Source: a bacterium
GTDB lineage: Bacteria; UBP14; UBA6098; B30-G16
NCBI GenBank assembly: GCA_021162205.1
Contig: JAGGZE010000100.1
Location: forward strand, 587-64,586
Length of the DNA: 64,000 nucleotides
Direction: 5' to 3'
How positions within the stretch are numbered: the first letter of the stretch is position 1; each line of letters starts with the position of its first letter. Below, piece after piece: positions 41,316 to 51,638 of this stretch. A program made the translations under genes and the position numbers. The notes below the pieces were generated by a model that was not told the origin of the DNA, did not search any database, and saw only the letters and a list, made by a program, of their open reading frames with translations.

Positions 41316-41390
41316 TGGCCCAGAGTGGAATTGAACCACTGACCTCGCGCTTATCAGGCGCGCGCTCTAACCATGCTGAGCTACTGGGCC
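41316..41390 (-). tRNA. tRNA-Ile (anticodon GAU).
   Basis: Manual fold: acceptor GGCCCAG/CTGGGCC, anticodon loop CUGAUAA, T-loop TTCAATT. Confidence 0.85.
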
Positions 41391-41461
41391 CCTCGAATAA
41401 ATTATCTTATTTAAGAACACATTGCCATTTCTCACACCGACTAATCCCGACTGAGCTAATC

Positions 41462-41534
41462 TGGAGGATACCGGACTCGAACCGGTGGCCCCAAGCTTGC
41501 AAAGCTTATGCTCTCCCAACTGAGCTAATCCCCC
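41462..41534 (-). tRNA. tRNA-Ala (anticodon UGC) with a G3:U70 pair.
   Basis: Manual fold: acceptor GGGGGAT/ATCCTCC with the G3-U70 wobble (Ala identity element), anticodon loop UUUGCAA, T-loop TTCGAGT. Confidence 0.85.
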
Positions 41535-41598
41535 ATTTAAGTTATAACGCTAAACAAGATTTTTGATTTGTCAAGAAAATTCTTACGGATGATTTCGG

Positions 41599-43158
41599 TT
41601 ATTTGTTATTCTGTGCAAATTCGGTCAATCGGCAGAAATCGTCGACATCTAATTGTTCGGCGCGGGTATTTTCATCTATACAGAGCGAAGCAAAGATTTT
41701 GTGCCAATCTATATCGTCGCGAAAATTGCGAAGATTCGATAAAAGTTTTTTTCTTCTATGCGCAAATGAAACTCTAACCAATCGAGAGAATATTTTGCCA
41801 TCGATATTCGGAAAAATAGGTTGTTTGCGGGTTGTAAGCCGAACCGCTGTCGATATTATTTTCGGTGCAGGATTAAAACTTTTAGGACTTATATCGAAAA
41901 GTTTTTCGATATCGAAATATCTGCTTAGTATCACCGATGGTATCCCGTAGGTTTTGTTGCCCGAACTTGCGCAAATCCGCTGTGCAACTTCCTTCTGCAT
42001 AATCAACAATGCACGATTTATCGCTCGATAATTTTGTGCAAACCAAAACAATATCGGTGTTGTTATCGAATATGGGATATTTCCGATAAGTGTGAGTGGT
42101 TCATCGTAATAATCTCGAATTCTGTCCAGTTCGAGAGCGAGTATATCCTGCTGGACGACAAATCCTTTATCGGATGAAATTTTTTCGCTTAGTGCCTTTG
42201 CAAAGAAATCATCGAGTTCTACCGCTATGGTTTTGTCGAAATGCTCGACCAATTTTTCTGTGATAATGCCTTTGCCGGGACCGATTTCGATTGCGATTTT
42301 GCCATCGCCGAAAAAGTTTGAAAGTTTTTGAACAATTCCTACATTGATTAAAAAATTCTGCCCCAGTGTTTTTTTTGTATGGTGAAGATATGGCGATGGA
42401 AATCGAAACAATTTCGCCGCATTTTTTGTGGTCTGAAAAGAAAGTCGCTCGAGTGGAATATTTTTAATTTCAGCGATTTTCTGTGCGATTAATGGAATAT
42501 TTGCCGGCTCGTTGCGTTTCCCGCGATATGGATGCGGTGCGAGATATGGACAATCGGTTTCGAGTAATATTCTATTGGGAGGCGTTTGCTCGATTAGATT
42601 TTGTCGTTTGAAATTTTTAAATGTAATCGGTCCACCGAACCCGATGTAAAAATTCTTTTCCAATGCCCAGTCTAAAAAAATTTCATCGCCAGAAAATGCG
42701 TGAAGCACTCCGCGAAAATACCCGCATTTTTCCAAAATCTCCCGCGCTTTTTCTTGAGCATCTCGAATGTGAATTATCATTGGAAGACCGAGTTGTTTCG
42801 CCAGTTCGATTTGCGCTTCAAAGAATTTAAATTGATTATTCGGCGATGAATGTTCACGATAAAAATCCAATCCGATTTCGCCGATTGCCACAACTTTGGG
42901 GTGCCTCGCGAGTTTGATAATCTCATCTAACCAATTATCATTGCAATTGTCGATTTCATTGGGATGAACACCGACCGCAGACCATATTTCTGGATAATGC
43001 TCGGCAATTTCGATTCCGCGTTTGGAACTCGCCAAATCGACACCGACATCTATAATTCTGCTGACATCGGAGTCGAATGCTCGATGAATAACTTTCTCCC
43101 TATCATCATCGAACTGCTTGAAATCGAGATGTGAATGTGTATCGCAAAATTTTTGCAT
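41599..43158 (-). CDS. Fusion protein: TatD-family metal-dependent hydrolase (N-terminal) plus 16S rRNA (adenine1518/1519-N6)-dimethyltransferase RsmA/KsgA (C-terminal).
   Basis: Single uninterrupted ORF. The TatD motifs 'DTHSHLD', 'AIGEIGLDFY', 'PMIIHIRDA', 'LETDCPYLAP' are followed directly by the RsmA motifs 'LGQNFLIN', 'AIEIGPGKGIITEKL', 'IGNIPYSITTPI'. The start is chosen at MQKF (43158); the ORF is open to 43260. Confidence 0.7.
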   Translation of the reverse strand: MQKFCDTHSHLDFKQFDDDREKVIHRAFDSDVSRIIDVGVDLASSKRGIEIAEHYPEIWSAVGVHPNEIDNCNDNWLDEIIKLARHPKVVAIGEIGLDFYREHSSPNNQFKFFEAQIELAKQLGLPMIIHIRDAQEKAREILEKCGYFRGVLHAFSGDEIFLDWALEKNFYIGFGGPITFKNFKRQNLIEQTPPNRILLETDCPYLAPHPYRGKRNEPANIPLIAQKIAEIKNIPLERLSFQTTKNAAKLFRFPSPYLHHTKKTLGQNFLINVGIVQKLSNFFGDGKIAIEIGPGKGIITEKLVEHFDKTIAVELDDFFAKALSEKISSDKGFVVQQDILALELDRIRDYYDEPLTLIGNIPYSITTPILFWFAQNYRAINRALLIMQKEVAQRICASSGNKTYGIPSVILSRYFDIEKLFDISPKSFNPAPKIISTAVRLTTRKQPIFPNIDGKIFSRLVRVSFAHRRKKLLSNLRNFRDDIDWHKIFASLCIDENTRAEQLDVDDFCRLTEFAQNNK

Positions 43159-43303
43159 ATTACTAAATTTTTTACAGGGAGAGAGGCATTGCCTCTTCTT
43201 ATTCCACAAATTTATTTTATAATCAATTTTCAAGTTATACTTGACTTTTTTTAATAGCAAATTATTTTATCAACTTAAATTTGAAAACAGGAGGAATTTT
43301 TTA

Positions 43304-43567
43304 ATGGAGAAGGAAAGAAAACAGGAACTTATCAAAAATTTTGCCCGCGGTGAAAACGATGCAGGTTCGTCGGAAGTGCAAATTGCTCTTCTGACCGAGA
43401 GAATCAAGGAATTGACGGCGCATTTTGCGAAACACCCGAAGGATACAAATTCTAAGCGAGGTTTTTTAATCCTTATCGGCAAGCGAAGAAGGTTACTCAG
43501 TTATCTTCGAAGAAAGAATTATAACCGCTATCGCGAAATCATTTCAGCGTTAGGATTGAGAAAATAA
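43304..43567 (+). CDS. rpsO: 30S ribosomal protein S15.
   Basis: 87 aa, '[35 protein letters not shown]...[10 protein letters not shown]', with an AGGAGG RBS. Confidence 0.9.
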   Translation: MEKERKQELIKNFARGENDAGSSEVQIALLTERIKELTAHFAKHPKDTNSKRGFLILIGKRRRLLSYLRRKNYNRYREIISALGLRK

Positions 43568-43582
43568 CATTACACAAGAGAG

Positions 43583-45748
43583 ATGTTTATGAAACACACA
43601 AGAGTCGAGACTGAAATTGCAGGACAGAAATTAATTATCGAAACAGGCAAAATGGCTAAACAAGCCGATGGAGCGGTATGGGTTCAAATGGGGGAAACGG
43701 TCGTATTTGTTACGGCGGTGTCGGCGAAAGAACCGAAACAATACCAAGGTTTTTTTCCATTAACAGTAGATTATCGCGAACGGGCTTATGCCGCAGGTAA
43801 AATCCCCGGCGGATTTTTCAAACGCGAGGGAAAACCTTATGAACACGAGGTCCTTCGTGCAAGACTTATAGACCGTCCACTTAGACCTATGTTTCCAAAA
43901 GATTTTAACTACGAAACACAGGTTCTTATCTATGTTATTTCATACGATAAGATAAACGAACCCGATGTTTTGGCTATGATTGGAGCATCCGCTGCGGTTG
44001 CAATTTCAGATATTCCGATGAAAGAACCATTCGGTGGTGTCAGAGTCGCATATGTCGACGGCGAATATGTAGTAAATCCATCCGCTATCGATAAGGATGA
44101 TTCCAGTTTAGATATTATCATCGCTGGCACAGGCAAGGATGTTCTTATGGTCGAGGGTGAAGCATTCGAGTTGTCCGAGGATATATTGCTCGGTGCATTG
44201 AAAGTCGCTATGCCCGAACTCGCGAAAATTGTCGAACTGCAAAACGAACTTATCGCAAAAATCGGCAAACCCAAGCGTGAATACGAACCACTGAAATCTG
44301 CCGAGGGTCTTTACGACGATGTGGCTGAACTCGCAACCGAAAAATTGAACGAGATTATTCGCATTCCCGATAAACTCGAACGAATTCGCCAGCGAAGAAT
44401 ACTGAAAAAATCTATTATCGAGAAATTATCCGAGAAATATACCGAGGATGACGAGCCATTCATTCATATCGCCGCCGATGAAGTCGAGAAAAAATTGATG
44501 CGGAAGATGGTTTTGGATGAAGGCAGACGAATCGATGGCCGTCCTTCCGATGAAATCCGTCCGATTTCAATCGATGTTGGATTGCTGCCGAGAGTTCACG
44601 GTTCGGCACTTTTCACACGAGGTGAAACACAAGCGATTACTGCACTCACTCTTGGAACGAAACTCGACGAGCAGAAAATCGAGGAACTCGATGGCGAATC
44701 GTTTAAAAGTTTCATTCTACACTATAATTTTCCTCCATTTTCTGTCGGTGAGGTCGGAAGGCATTTCGGTCCTGGCAGAAGAGAAATCGGACACGGTCAT
44801 CTTGCAGAACGAGCGCTTACGCCGGTTATTCCTGTCGAAGATTCATTTCCATATACGATAAGAATTGTCTCGGACATACTCGAATCCAATGGTTCATCCT
44901 CGATGGCGACCGTGTGTGCGGGAACACTCGCTCTTATGGATGCAGGCGTCCCAATTAAAAATCCCGTTGCCGGTATCGCTATGGGACTTATAAGCGAGGG
45001 CGATAAATTCGTTGTTCTGACGGATATTCTCGGCGAGGAAGACCACCATGGCGATATGGATTTCAAAGTCGCCGGCACAAAAGATGGTATCACCGCATTT
45101 CAGATGGATGTTAAAGTCCCTGGAATTTCATTCGAGGTAATGGAAAACGCACTTGCACAGGCGAAAACAGGGCGGGAATTTATACTCGGGAAAATCGTCG
45201 AGACTATACCCGAACCGCGAACGGAATTATCGCCTCACGCTCCTCGAATAGCGACATTACACATCGATACGAGAAAAATCGGCGATGTAATCGGTAGCGG
45301 TGGGAAAGTTATCCGTGGAATTCAAGATGAAACCAATACCACAATCGCAATCGAGGAGGATGGCACGATATTTATCTCTGCTCATTCACCAGAGGATATG
45401 GACAAAGCGATTAAAATTGTCGAGGATATAACGAGAGTGCCGAAAGTAGATGAGGTCTATGATGGCACGGTTACTCGTATCACCAATTTCGGTGCGTTTG
45501 TTAGAATTACACCGTCTATCGAGGGACTGTTGCATATATCGGAGGTTGCTCACAAAAGAATCGATAATGTCGAGGATTATCTCAAAGTCGGCGATACGGT
45601 GAAAGTAAAAATACTCGATATCGACCAGCAGACGGGTAAAATCCGGCTTTCGAGAAAAGCGTTAATCGGCCGTTCTGATGAAGATAGCCCGAAAAGACAT
45701 TCGTCGGGACATTCATCGGGCTCATCTGGACGGCGAAATAGATATTGA
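43583..45748 (+). CDS. pnp: Polyribonucleotide nucleotidyltransferase (PNPase).
   Basis: 721 aa with two RNase PH domains, a KH domain and an S1 domain ('FFPLTVDYRERAYAAGKIPGGFFKREG...'), in the classic rpsO-pnp arrangement. Confidence 0.95.
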   Translation: MFMKHTRVETEIAGQKLIIETGKMAKQADGAVWVQMGETVVFVTAVSAKEPKQYQGFFPLTVDYRERAYAAGKIPGGFFKREGKPYEHEVLRARLIDRPLRPMFPKDFNYETQVLIYVISYDKINEPDVLAMIGASAAVAISDIPMKEPFGGVRVAYVDGEYVVNPSAIDKDDSSLDIIIAGTGKDVLMVEGEAFELSEDILLGALKVAMPELAKIVELQNELIAKIGKPKREYEPLKSAEGLYDDVAELATEKLNEIIRIPDKLERIRQRRILKKSIIEKLSEKYTEDDEPFIHIAADEVEKKLMRKMVLDEGRRIDGRPSDEIRPISIDVGLLPRVHGSALFTRGETQAITALTLGTKLDEQKIEELDGESFKSFILHYNFPPFSVGEVGRHFGPGRREIGHGHLAERALTPVIPVEDSFPYTIRIVSDILESNGSSSMATVCAGTLALMDAGVPIKNPVAGIAMGLISEGDKFVVLTDILGEEDHHGDMDFKVAGTKDGITAFQMDVKVPGISFEVMENALAQAKTGREFILGKIVETIPEPRTELSPHAPRIATLHIDTRKIGDVIGSGGKVIRGIQDETNTTIAIEEDGTIFISAHSPEDMDKAIKIVEDITRVPKVDEVYDGTVTRITNFGAFVRITPSIEGLLHISEVAHKRIDNVEDYLKVGDTVKVKILDIDQQTGKIRLSRKALIGRSDEDSPKRHSSGHSSGSSGRRNRY

Positions 45749-45820
45749 TAAAATACAAATGTCAAAACCAGACGGCGAATTTTAAATTTTGAACTTTGAA
45801 TTTTTATATGGAGGAATAAA

Positions 45821-46135
45821 ATGTATGCAATAGTCGAGATTGCAGGAATGCAATTAAAAGTGGAAAACGGGATGAAAATCTGGGTTCCATATATGGAAAA
45901 TCACGATGAGGGCGAAAAATTCACATTCGATAGGGTTTTGCTTATCGCCGATGATAGCGGAATCAAAGTTGGCAAACCTCTTGTCGATGGCGCATTCATC
46001 GAGACCACATTAGTTAATCATGCCAAGGGACCTAAACTGGTTGTATTTAAGAAAAGGCGACGAACAGGTTATAATAAAAAGCGCGGACACCGACAGCACT
46101 ATTCGGTTCTGAAAATCGATAATATCAAAATGTAA
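45821..46135 (+). CDS. rplU: 50S ribosomal protein L21.
   Basis: 'MYAIVEIAGMQLKV...' is a typical L21 start; 104 aa with a basic C-terminus. Confidence 0.85.
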   Translation: MYAIVEIAGMQLKVENGMKIWVPYMENHDEGEKFTFDRVLLIADDSGIKVGKPLVDGAFIETTLVNHAKGPKLVVFKKRRRTGYNKKRGHRQHYSVLKIDNIKM

Positions 46136-46243
46136 GGTAATTTATCACAAAACTCGATACCTGTTTTTGGAATTTTGACAAAATCCCTGATAATTTATTA
46201 TTCGGGATTGTAATGGTTTTAATAATTAAAATCTTTTGGTGTG

Positions 46244-48562
46244 ATGCGTTTAATAAAAATTACATTTCTATTATTGCTTGCGTTTTCTCTTCTATTCGGT
46301 GCTGAAACAATCCGAAGAATCACGGTTGTCGGCAGCGAAGCCACCAGCCCAGAACTTGTCCGTGTCAATAGCGGACTTAACGAGGGTGAACCATATTCTA
46401 CATCGAAAATCGAGGATGCAATCAAAAGCATTTATGCTCTCGGCAATTTCGCCGATGTCAGAATTCTTACCACAAAAGGTTCTTATGGTTACGATATTGA
46501 AATCCGCGTGGTGGAACTTCCACGAGTGGAATCCATCGAATTCGATGGTAATAAAAAAGTCGATGACGATGACCTTAAAAAGGAAATAAATCTTGTCGAT
46601 GGCAGTTTTATCTCCGATGCCGCAGTTTTCGATGCAATCAAAAAAATAGAGAAGAAATACAATAAAGAGGGCAGATACGATGTTTCGATAAAATACGAGT
46701 TGAAAGATGGCGAACAAAAGAGTTTCAAAAAACTCGTGTTTCATATAGATGAGGGAAAAGATTTAAGGATTAAACAGATAAAATTCGTGGGGAATAAGGA
46801 ATTTTCAGATAAAAAACTCCGCAAACAGATGGATACAAAGCAAAAAGGATTTTTGCGTTCTGGGAAATTCGACCCTGAAAAATACCAGCAAGATTTGCAG
46901 AATATCGAGGATTTTTATCACAGTAAGGGCTATATCACTACTCAAATCACCAAAGATACTCTCGATAAAAATGATAACGGGATTTTCATCACGATTTATC
47001 TCGATGAGGGTAAAAAATACTATCTCAAAGATATTGCGATTTCGGGGAATGAAATATTTAAATCCGAAAATCTAATGAAATTTTTCAAACTCGAATCAGG
47101 CGATATTTTCAATCAGAAGAAAATGGACCAGTCCATTCAGAATATATATTTGGCATATAGCGATGACGGTTACATTCACGCTCAGGTGAATCCCGAAAAA
47201 CAAATTGCTGACGACAGTGTCTCGGTTAATGTTTCCATTGTCGAGGGACCACAGGCTCATGTTCGATTGATTAACATTGCAAGTAATACGAGGACATTCG
47301 AGAAAATTATCAGGCGCGAACTCGTTCTGCATCCGGGGAATGTTTTCCGCCGAAACCTTTTAGTCATGAGCCAACGCAATGTATATTTTTTGAACTATTT
47401 CGAGGATGTCGTGCCTGAATTTAATATGCTGCCAAATGGCGATGTCGATATCACACTTAAAGTTACCGAGAAACCGATTGGCAAATTTCAAGTGGGTGCA
47501 GGATATAATGCTCAGGACAAATTAGTCGGCAATATTTCTATCGGTTGGCCCAATGTGCTTGGAAGGGGCTGGTCACTCGATTTGGGCTATGAGTTTGGAA
47601 AACTGAAAAACAATTTTTCAATATCGTTCACAGAACCGTGGCTTTTCGATACGCCGACATCGTTCGGTTTCGACATATATAATACTCGCTGGACATGGGA
47701 TGGATATTATACAGAATATCGCACTGGCGGTGCGATACGATTGGGTCGAAAATTGTGGAAGCCGCGCTATTTTACTGTTTCTGGACGATATAAACTCGAA
47801 TCGGTTAAATATGAAGATATCGAAAGCAACTATACGCCATCGCCGGCTTACGATATTACGACAATCGATTGGCCTCGAATAGAATCATCGGTATTGCTTA
47901 CTATTGAACGGGATAGTCGCAATTCACAGGTGTTTGCCTCGAAAGGTAGCAGGAATACAATCAGTTTCGAGAACTCCGGTGGAATAATTGGCGGACAAAT
48001 CGAGTTTCAGAAATTGTGGCTTAAATCCGACTGGTATTTTCCCGCACACAAATATTTGACACTTGTCGGCAAAGCTCATTTCGGGATGCTCGAAAATCTC
48101 TGGGGAAATAATGCCGATGCTGTGCCATTCGGTGAAAGATTTTTTCCAGGCGGTGTCAGTTTCGATGGTCAAATCCGTGGATATTCAGACCGTTCGGTCG
48201 GTCCTATGGCGTGGACAGAGGCGGGATACGATTCGACAGCAATTCCCGATGCTGATGGCAGAATTCCGCTGACGAGTCCATCGACTCCATATATGCCCGG
48301 CAGTAGAGCCGTATTGATTTTTACCACCGAACTTCGTTTCCCGATAATGAAAGACCAGCTTTATGTTGGGTTCTTCGCAGATGCTGGCGATGCATGGCTC
48401 GACCCGAAAAACATGAAATTGAAAGGATTGAAACGGTCGGTTGGTGTCGGTGCACGCTTTGTTGTGCCTATGATGGGAATTCTCGGTATCGATTTCGGCT
48501 ATGGTTTCGACAAATCTACACCAGGATGGGAAATGCACTTCCAGATTGGCCCCGAATTCTAA
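46244..48562 (+). CDS. bamA: Outer membrane protein assembly factor BamA (Omp85).
   Basis: Signal peptide, five POTRA-like repeats, and a C-terminal beta-barrel ending '...HFQIGPEF'. Confidence 0.8.
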   Translation: MRLIKITFLLLLAFSLLFGAETIRRITVVGSEATSPELVRVNSGLNEGEPYSTSKIEDAIKSIYALGNFADVRILTTKGSYGYDIEIRVVELPRVESIEFDGNKKVDDDDLKKEINLVDGSFISDAAVFDAIKKIEKKYNKEGRYDVSIKYELKDGEQKSFKKLVFHIDEGKDLRIKQIKFVGNKEFSDKKLRKQMDTKQKGFLRSGKFDPEKYQQDLQNIEDFYHSKGYITTQITKDTLDKNDNGIFITIYLDEGKKYYLKDIAISGNEIFKSENLMKFFKLESGDIFNQKKMDQSIQNIYLAYSDDGYIHAQVNPEKQIADDSVSVNVSIVEGPQAHVRLINIASNTRTFEKIIRRELVLHPGNVFRRNLLVMSQRNVYFLNYFEDVVPEFNMLPNGDVDITLKVTEKPIGKFQVGAGYNAQDKLVGNISIGWPNVLGRGWSLDLGYEFGKLKNNFSISFTEPWLFDTPTSFGFDIYNTRWTWDGYYTEYRTGGAIRLGRKLWKPRYFTVSGRYKLESVKYEDIESNYTPSPAYDITTIDWPRIESSVLLTIERDSRNSQVFASKGSRNTISFENSGGIIGGQIEFQKLWLKSDWYFPAHKYLTLVGKAHFGMLENLWGNNADAVPFGERFFPGGVSFDGQIRGYSDRSVGPMAWTEAGYDSTAIPDADGRIPLTSPSTPYMPGSRAVLIFTTELRFPIMKDQLYVGFFADAGDAWLDPKNMKLKGLKRSVGVGARFVVPMMGILGIDFGYGFDKSTPGWEMHFQIGPEF

Positions 48563-48987
48563 TTATATTTATCATTCACTCGTTATTTTTCTTTTTCATT
48601 GCAAGTTTATACCGATTTGTGAATTTTATCGCTCCGACGAATGCAAGATTTGGAATTATCCATGTAAAAAGAGTCTCTTGTCGAGGTTGAATGAGTGTGA
48701 TTGCCGATGATATTGCCATTATAGCAAAAGACACGAACCAAGTCCAGCTTAATAAATAGTTTGTTCTAATAAATTTAGGTGTATTCCAGAAATCGGGATG
48801 AACTTATTCTTTGGCATATTGCATCGTGAAAGTTTTTTTATAATAATAGAAATCAGAACTATTAAATTTCTCAAAAATTCGATTTGTATTATCGTAATAT
48901 TTTTCAAATAACCGATGGCATCTCGATTGTGAACTTGACATAATTAAAAACTCGCTTATTTTTTTCATCTGTTTTCCTGTAAATAAA

Positions 48988-49890
48988 ATGGATAATAAAA
49001 AAGCAAAAATATCTGGTGGTTATTTAATTTACAAACCTCGCGGTTTGACATCGCGACAGGTCGATAATCGAATCGGTAAATTGCTGCGAACTAAACGAGT
49101 CGGGCATCTCGGCACATTGGACCCTCTCGCCGAGGGACTTATGCCGGTGCTTGTCGGATTGGCAACGAGAATCGCACCGTTTATCGACAGCGGAATTAAA
49201 AGCTATCGAGCCGAAATCACACTCGGTATTGCTACCGACACCGACGATGCCGAAGGCAAAATAATCGAGCAAAATCCTGTCGATGTTTCCCCCGCAAAAG
49301 TATTCGATGAATTGAAAAAATTTTTAGGCGAAATCGAACAAGTTCCACCAAAATATTCGGCGAAAAAAATTAATGGCGTTCCGATGTATGTCAGCGCTCG
49401 CCGTGGCGAGGAAGTTATCGCACAACCGAAAAAAGTTACAATCTATTCTATCGAAAATGTGGAAATCGGACTACCGATAGTGAAATTCGATGTAGAATGT
49501 AGCACCGGGACATATCTTCGCTCGATAGCTCGTGACCTCGGCAATCGTCTCGGTTGCGCTGGACATTTAACAGGACTCGTGCGAACCCGTGTCGGTCCGC
49601 ATACTGTAAATAATTCTGTTAAGCTCGATGATGTTGTTGCATCTATAAAACAAGGGAATTCCGAAAAATATTTATCGACCGAAACCGAACTTCTTCCGCA
49701 TATACCGAAAATCCGAATCGATGGAATGAAAATTTGGCAGGTTAGTCATGGACAAATAGTCGAGCAACTCGGTTCGCAGTTCAAACCGGGACAGATATTC
49801 GGAATTGTCAATCCACAGAGCGAAATTCTTGCTATAGCGGAGAAAATTCCCGGCGGATATAAATATAAACGGGTTTTAATGGGGAAATGA
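48988..49890 (+). CDS. truB: tRNA pseudouridine(55) synthase.
   Basis: 'GHLGTLDPLAEGLMPV' catalytic motif and a PUA-like C-terminus. Confidence 0.9.
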   Translation: MDNKKAKISGGYLIYKPRGLTSRQVDNRIGKLLRTKRVGHLGTLDPLAEGLMPVLVGLATRIAPFIDSGIKSYRAEITLGIATDTDDAEGKIIEQNPVDVSPAKVFDELKKFLGEIEQVPPKYSAKKINGVPMYVSARRGEEVIAQPKKVTIYSIENVEIGLPIVKFDVECSTGTYLRSIARDLGNRLGCAGHLTGLVRTRVGPHTVNNSVKLDDVVASIKQGNSEKYLSTETELLPHIPKIRIDGMKIWQVSHGQIVEQLGSQFKPGQIFGIVNPQSEILAIAEKIPGGYKYKRVLMGK

Positions 49891-49918
49891 ATTTTAATAA
49901 TTAAAAAAATAAAAAATT

Positions 49919-50713
49919 ATGGATAAAAAATCTAATGAAAATGCAGGGGAATTGTTCGAACGGCTTGTCGAGGTTGTGGAAAAACTTCGTGCGCCCGGTG
50001 GATGTCCCTGGGATAGAGAACAAACTCACAAATCGCTGAGACCTTATTTAATCGAAGAAGTCTATGAAGTTGTCGATAGTATTGATAATAGCGATTATTT
50101 CTCTATGCGTGAGGAACTCGGCGATGTTTTGCTTCACATACTTTTTCACAGCGATATCGAGCGAGAATCAGATAGATTCGATATCTGCGATGTGATTCAA
50201 ACATTAACTGAAAAATTGATTCGTCGTCATCCTCATGTTTTCGGAGATGTGAAAGTCGCTAATTCCGACGAGGTTCTTCACAATTGGGAAAATATCAAAC
50301 TCCGTGAACGGCAGAAAAAATCAGGGAACGCTTCATTGCTCGATGGTATTCCGAAATCGATGTCGGCGCTATTGATTGCTCAAAGGATGCAGGAAAAAGC
50401 ATCACGAATCGGTTTCGACTGGGATAATATCGCAGATGTCTGGGGCAAAGTCGAGGAGGAAATCGGTGAATTAAAAGAATTACTCGATAGTGGTGATGAA
50501 AATAGAATCGAGGATGAATTGGGCGATGTTCTTTTCGCACTTTCCAATCTCGCTCGTTTCTTGAAAACAAATTCAGAGATGGCACTTCGCAGAACAAACG
50601 AGAAATTTTCCAGCCGATTTCGTTATATCGAACAAAAACTTCGCGAAAATAATATCGAAAACCCCACACTCGAAATTATGGATAAATTCTGGGATGAGGC
50701 AAAACAGGTTTAA
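49919..50713 (+). CDS. mazG: Nucleoside triphosphate pyrophosphohydrolase MazG.
   Basis: Tandem MazG domains ('LRAPGGCPWDREQTHKSLRPYLIEEVYE', 'ELGDVLF'). Confidence 0.8.
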   Translation: MDKKSNENAGELFERLVEVVEKLRAPGGCPWDREQTHKSLRPYLIEEVYEVVDSIDNSDYFSMREELGDVLLHILFHSDIERESDRFDICDVIQTLTEKLIRRHPHVFGDVKVANSDEVLHNWENIKLRERQKKSGNASLLDGIPKSMSALLIAQRMQEKASRIGFDWDNIADVWGKVEEEIGELKELLDSGDENRIEDELGDVLFALSNLARFLKTNSEMALRRTNEKFSSRFRYIEQKLRENNIENPTLEIMDKFWDEAKQV

Positions 50714-50827
50714 CCTGCTTCGGGTGTTTTTTGTGCGTTGCTTTCCTGCCCCGACAAGTCGGGACATTCCCTGCAACGCCTGATTAGTCAAATAACATTT
50801 AAACAATTAAAAAGAACCGAAGGTTCT
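50706..50827. repeat. Mosaic intergenic repeat locus B (single forward unit) immediately after the mazG stop.
   Basis: Hairpin+T-run 'gcagg-tttaa-cctgc ttcgggtgtttttt', outer stem gcgttgc...gcaacgc enclosing the palindrome cccgac-aa-gtcggg, the AT box 'ctgattagtcaaataacatttaaacaattaaaaag', and the hairpin agaacc-gaa-ggttct. Confidence 0.75.
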
Positions 50828-50858
50828 TCCCATATATCTTTAATTATTCATTATTTTC

Positions 50859-50887
50859 TTGACCTTGTCGATTTCGCAGCATAATTA
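50859..50887 (+). promoter_or_regulatory. Putative sigma70-like promoter for ftsE (TTGACC-N17-TAATTA).
   Basis: Sequence 'ttgaccttgtcgatttcgcagcataatta' ends 7 nt before the ftsE ATG, which would imply a near-leaderless transcript. Confidence 0.3.
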
Positions 50888-50893
50888 AGAACA

Positions 50894-51574
50894 ATGGCAA
50901 TTTTAACATTAAAAAATGTAGGTAAAGTATATAATAAGCGCTGGGTTGCGCTATCGGATTTGGATTTTTCAATTGCCGAGGGTGAATTCGTATTTTTAAT
51001 AGGTCCATCGGGGGCAGGAAAAACGACACTATTGAAACTGATTCTTGCACAGGAAACTCCAGATACTGGAATAATCGATGTCGCAGGATTTAGCTCATCG
51101 ACATTAAAACACGAGGAAATTCCGCTTTTGCGCAGGAAACTCGGCGTAATATTTCAGGATTTTAAACTTCTGCCCGATATGACAGCATGGAATAATGTAG
51201 CATTCGCACTGCGTGTATGCGGCTACCCCGGCAAAATGGTTAAAACACGCACCGATGAACTTTTAGCACAGGTCGGATTACTTCACAAGTCGAAATCGTA
51301 TCCGCAAGAACTTTCCGGAGGCGAGAGTCAAAGAATTGCGATTGCACGAGCATTGGTTCATTCACCGGTATTACTTCTCGCCGATGAACCGACCGGAAAT
51401 TTAGATACTCACGCAACAGATGAAATTCTGCAGCTTTTACTCGATATAAATCGTCAAGGGATGGCGGTTTTGATGGCAACTCACGATATCGAATTAGTCG
51501 AAAGATTCGGGTTCAGAGTTCTCGAACTGCAAGAGGGCTATCTAATCGGGGATAGAAAAGGGAATAGTGTATAA
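50894..51574 (+). CDS. ftsE: Cell-division ABC transporter ATP-binding protein FtsE. No ftsX follows it.
   Basis: Walker A 'GPSGAGKTTLLKL', signature 'LSGGESQRIAIARAL', Walker B 'LLLADEPTGNLD', with FtsE-like overall colinearity. Confidence 0.7.
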   Translation: MAILTLKNVGKVYNKRWVALSDLDFSIAEGEFVFLIGPSGAGKTTLLKLILAQETPDTGIIDVAGFSSSTLKHEEIPLLRRKLGVIFQDFKLLPDMTAWNNVAFALRVCGYPGKMVKTRTDELLAQVGLLHKSKSYPQELSGGESQRIAIARALVHSPVLLLADEPTGNLDTHATDEILQLLLDINRQGMAVLMATHDIELVERFGFRVLELQEGYLIGDRKGNSV

Positions 51575-51604
51575 TATCTAAATTATTTAATAATAGTTCG
51601 TATT

Positions 51605-51638
51605 AAAAAAGGGCGAGAAAACCTCGCCCTCATTTATT
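51605..51638. terminator. Bidirectional intrinsic terminator between the convergent ftsE and T9SS-cargo genes.
   Basis: Hairpin gggcgag-aaaacc-tcgccc flanked by AAAAAA on the 5' side (a T-run for the minus-strand gene) and TCATTTATT on the 3' side. Confidence 0.6.

Noticed and set aside
41315-41566. A plus-strand 83-aa ORF spanning the tRNA-Ile/tRNA-Ala region.
   Set aside because: It overlaps two well-folded tRNA genes on the opposite strand. Its 'protein' is the translation of tRNA sequence.
48563-48987. A missing skp/ompH-like gene or small ORF in the 425-bp gap between bamA and truB.
   Set aside because: No ORF of 60 aa or more with a plausible start or RBS was found; the region is AT-rich and is left unannotated.
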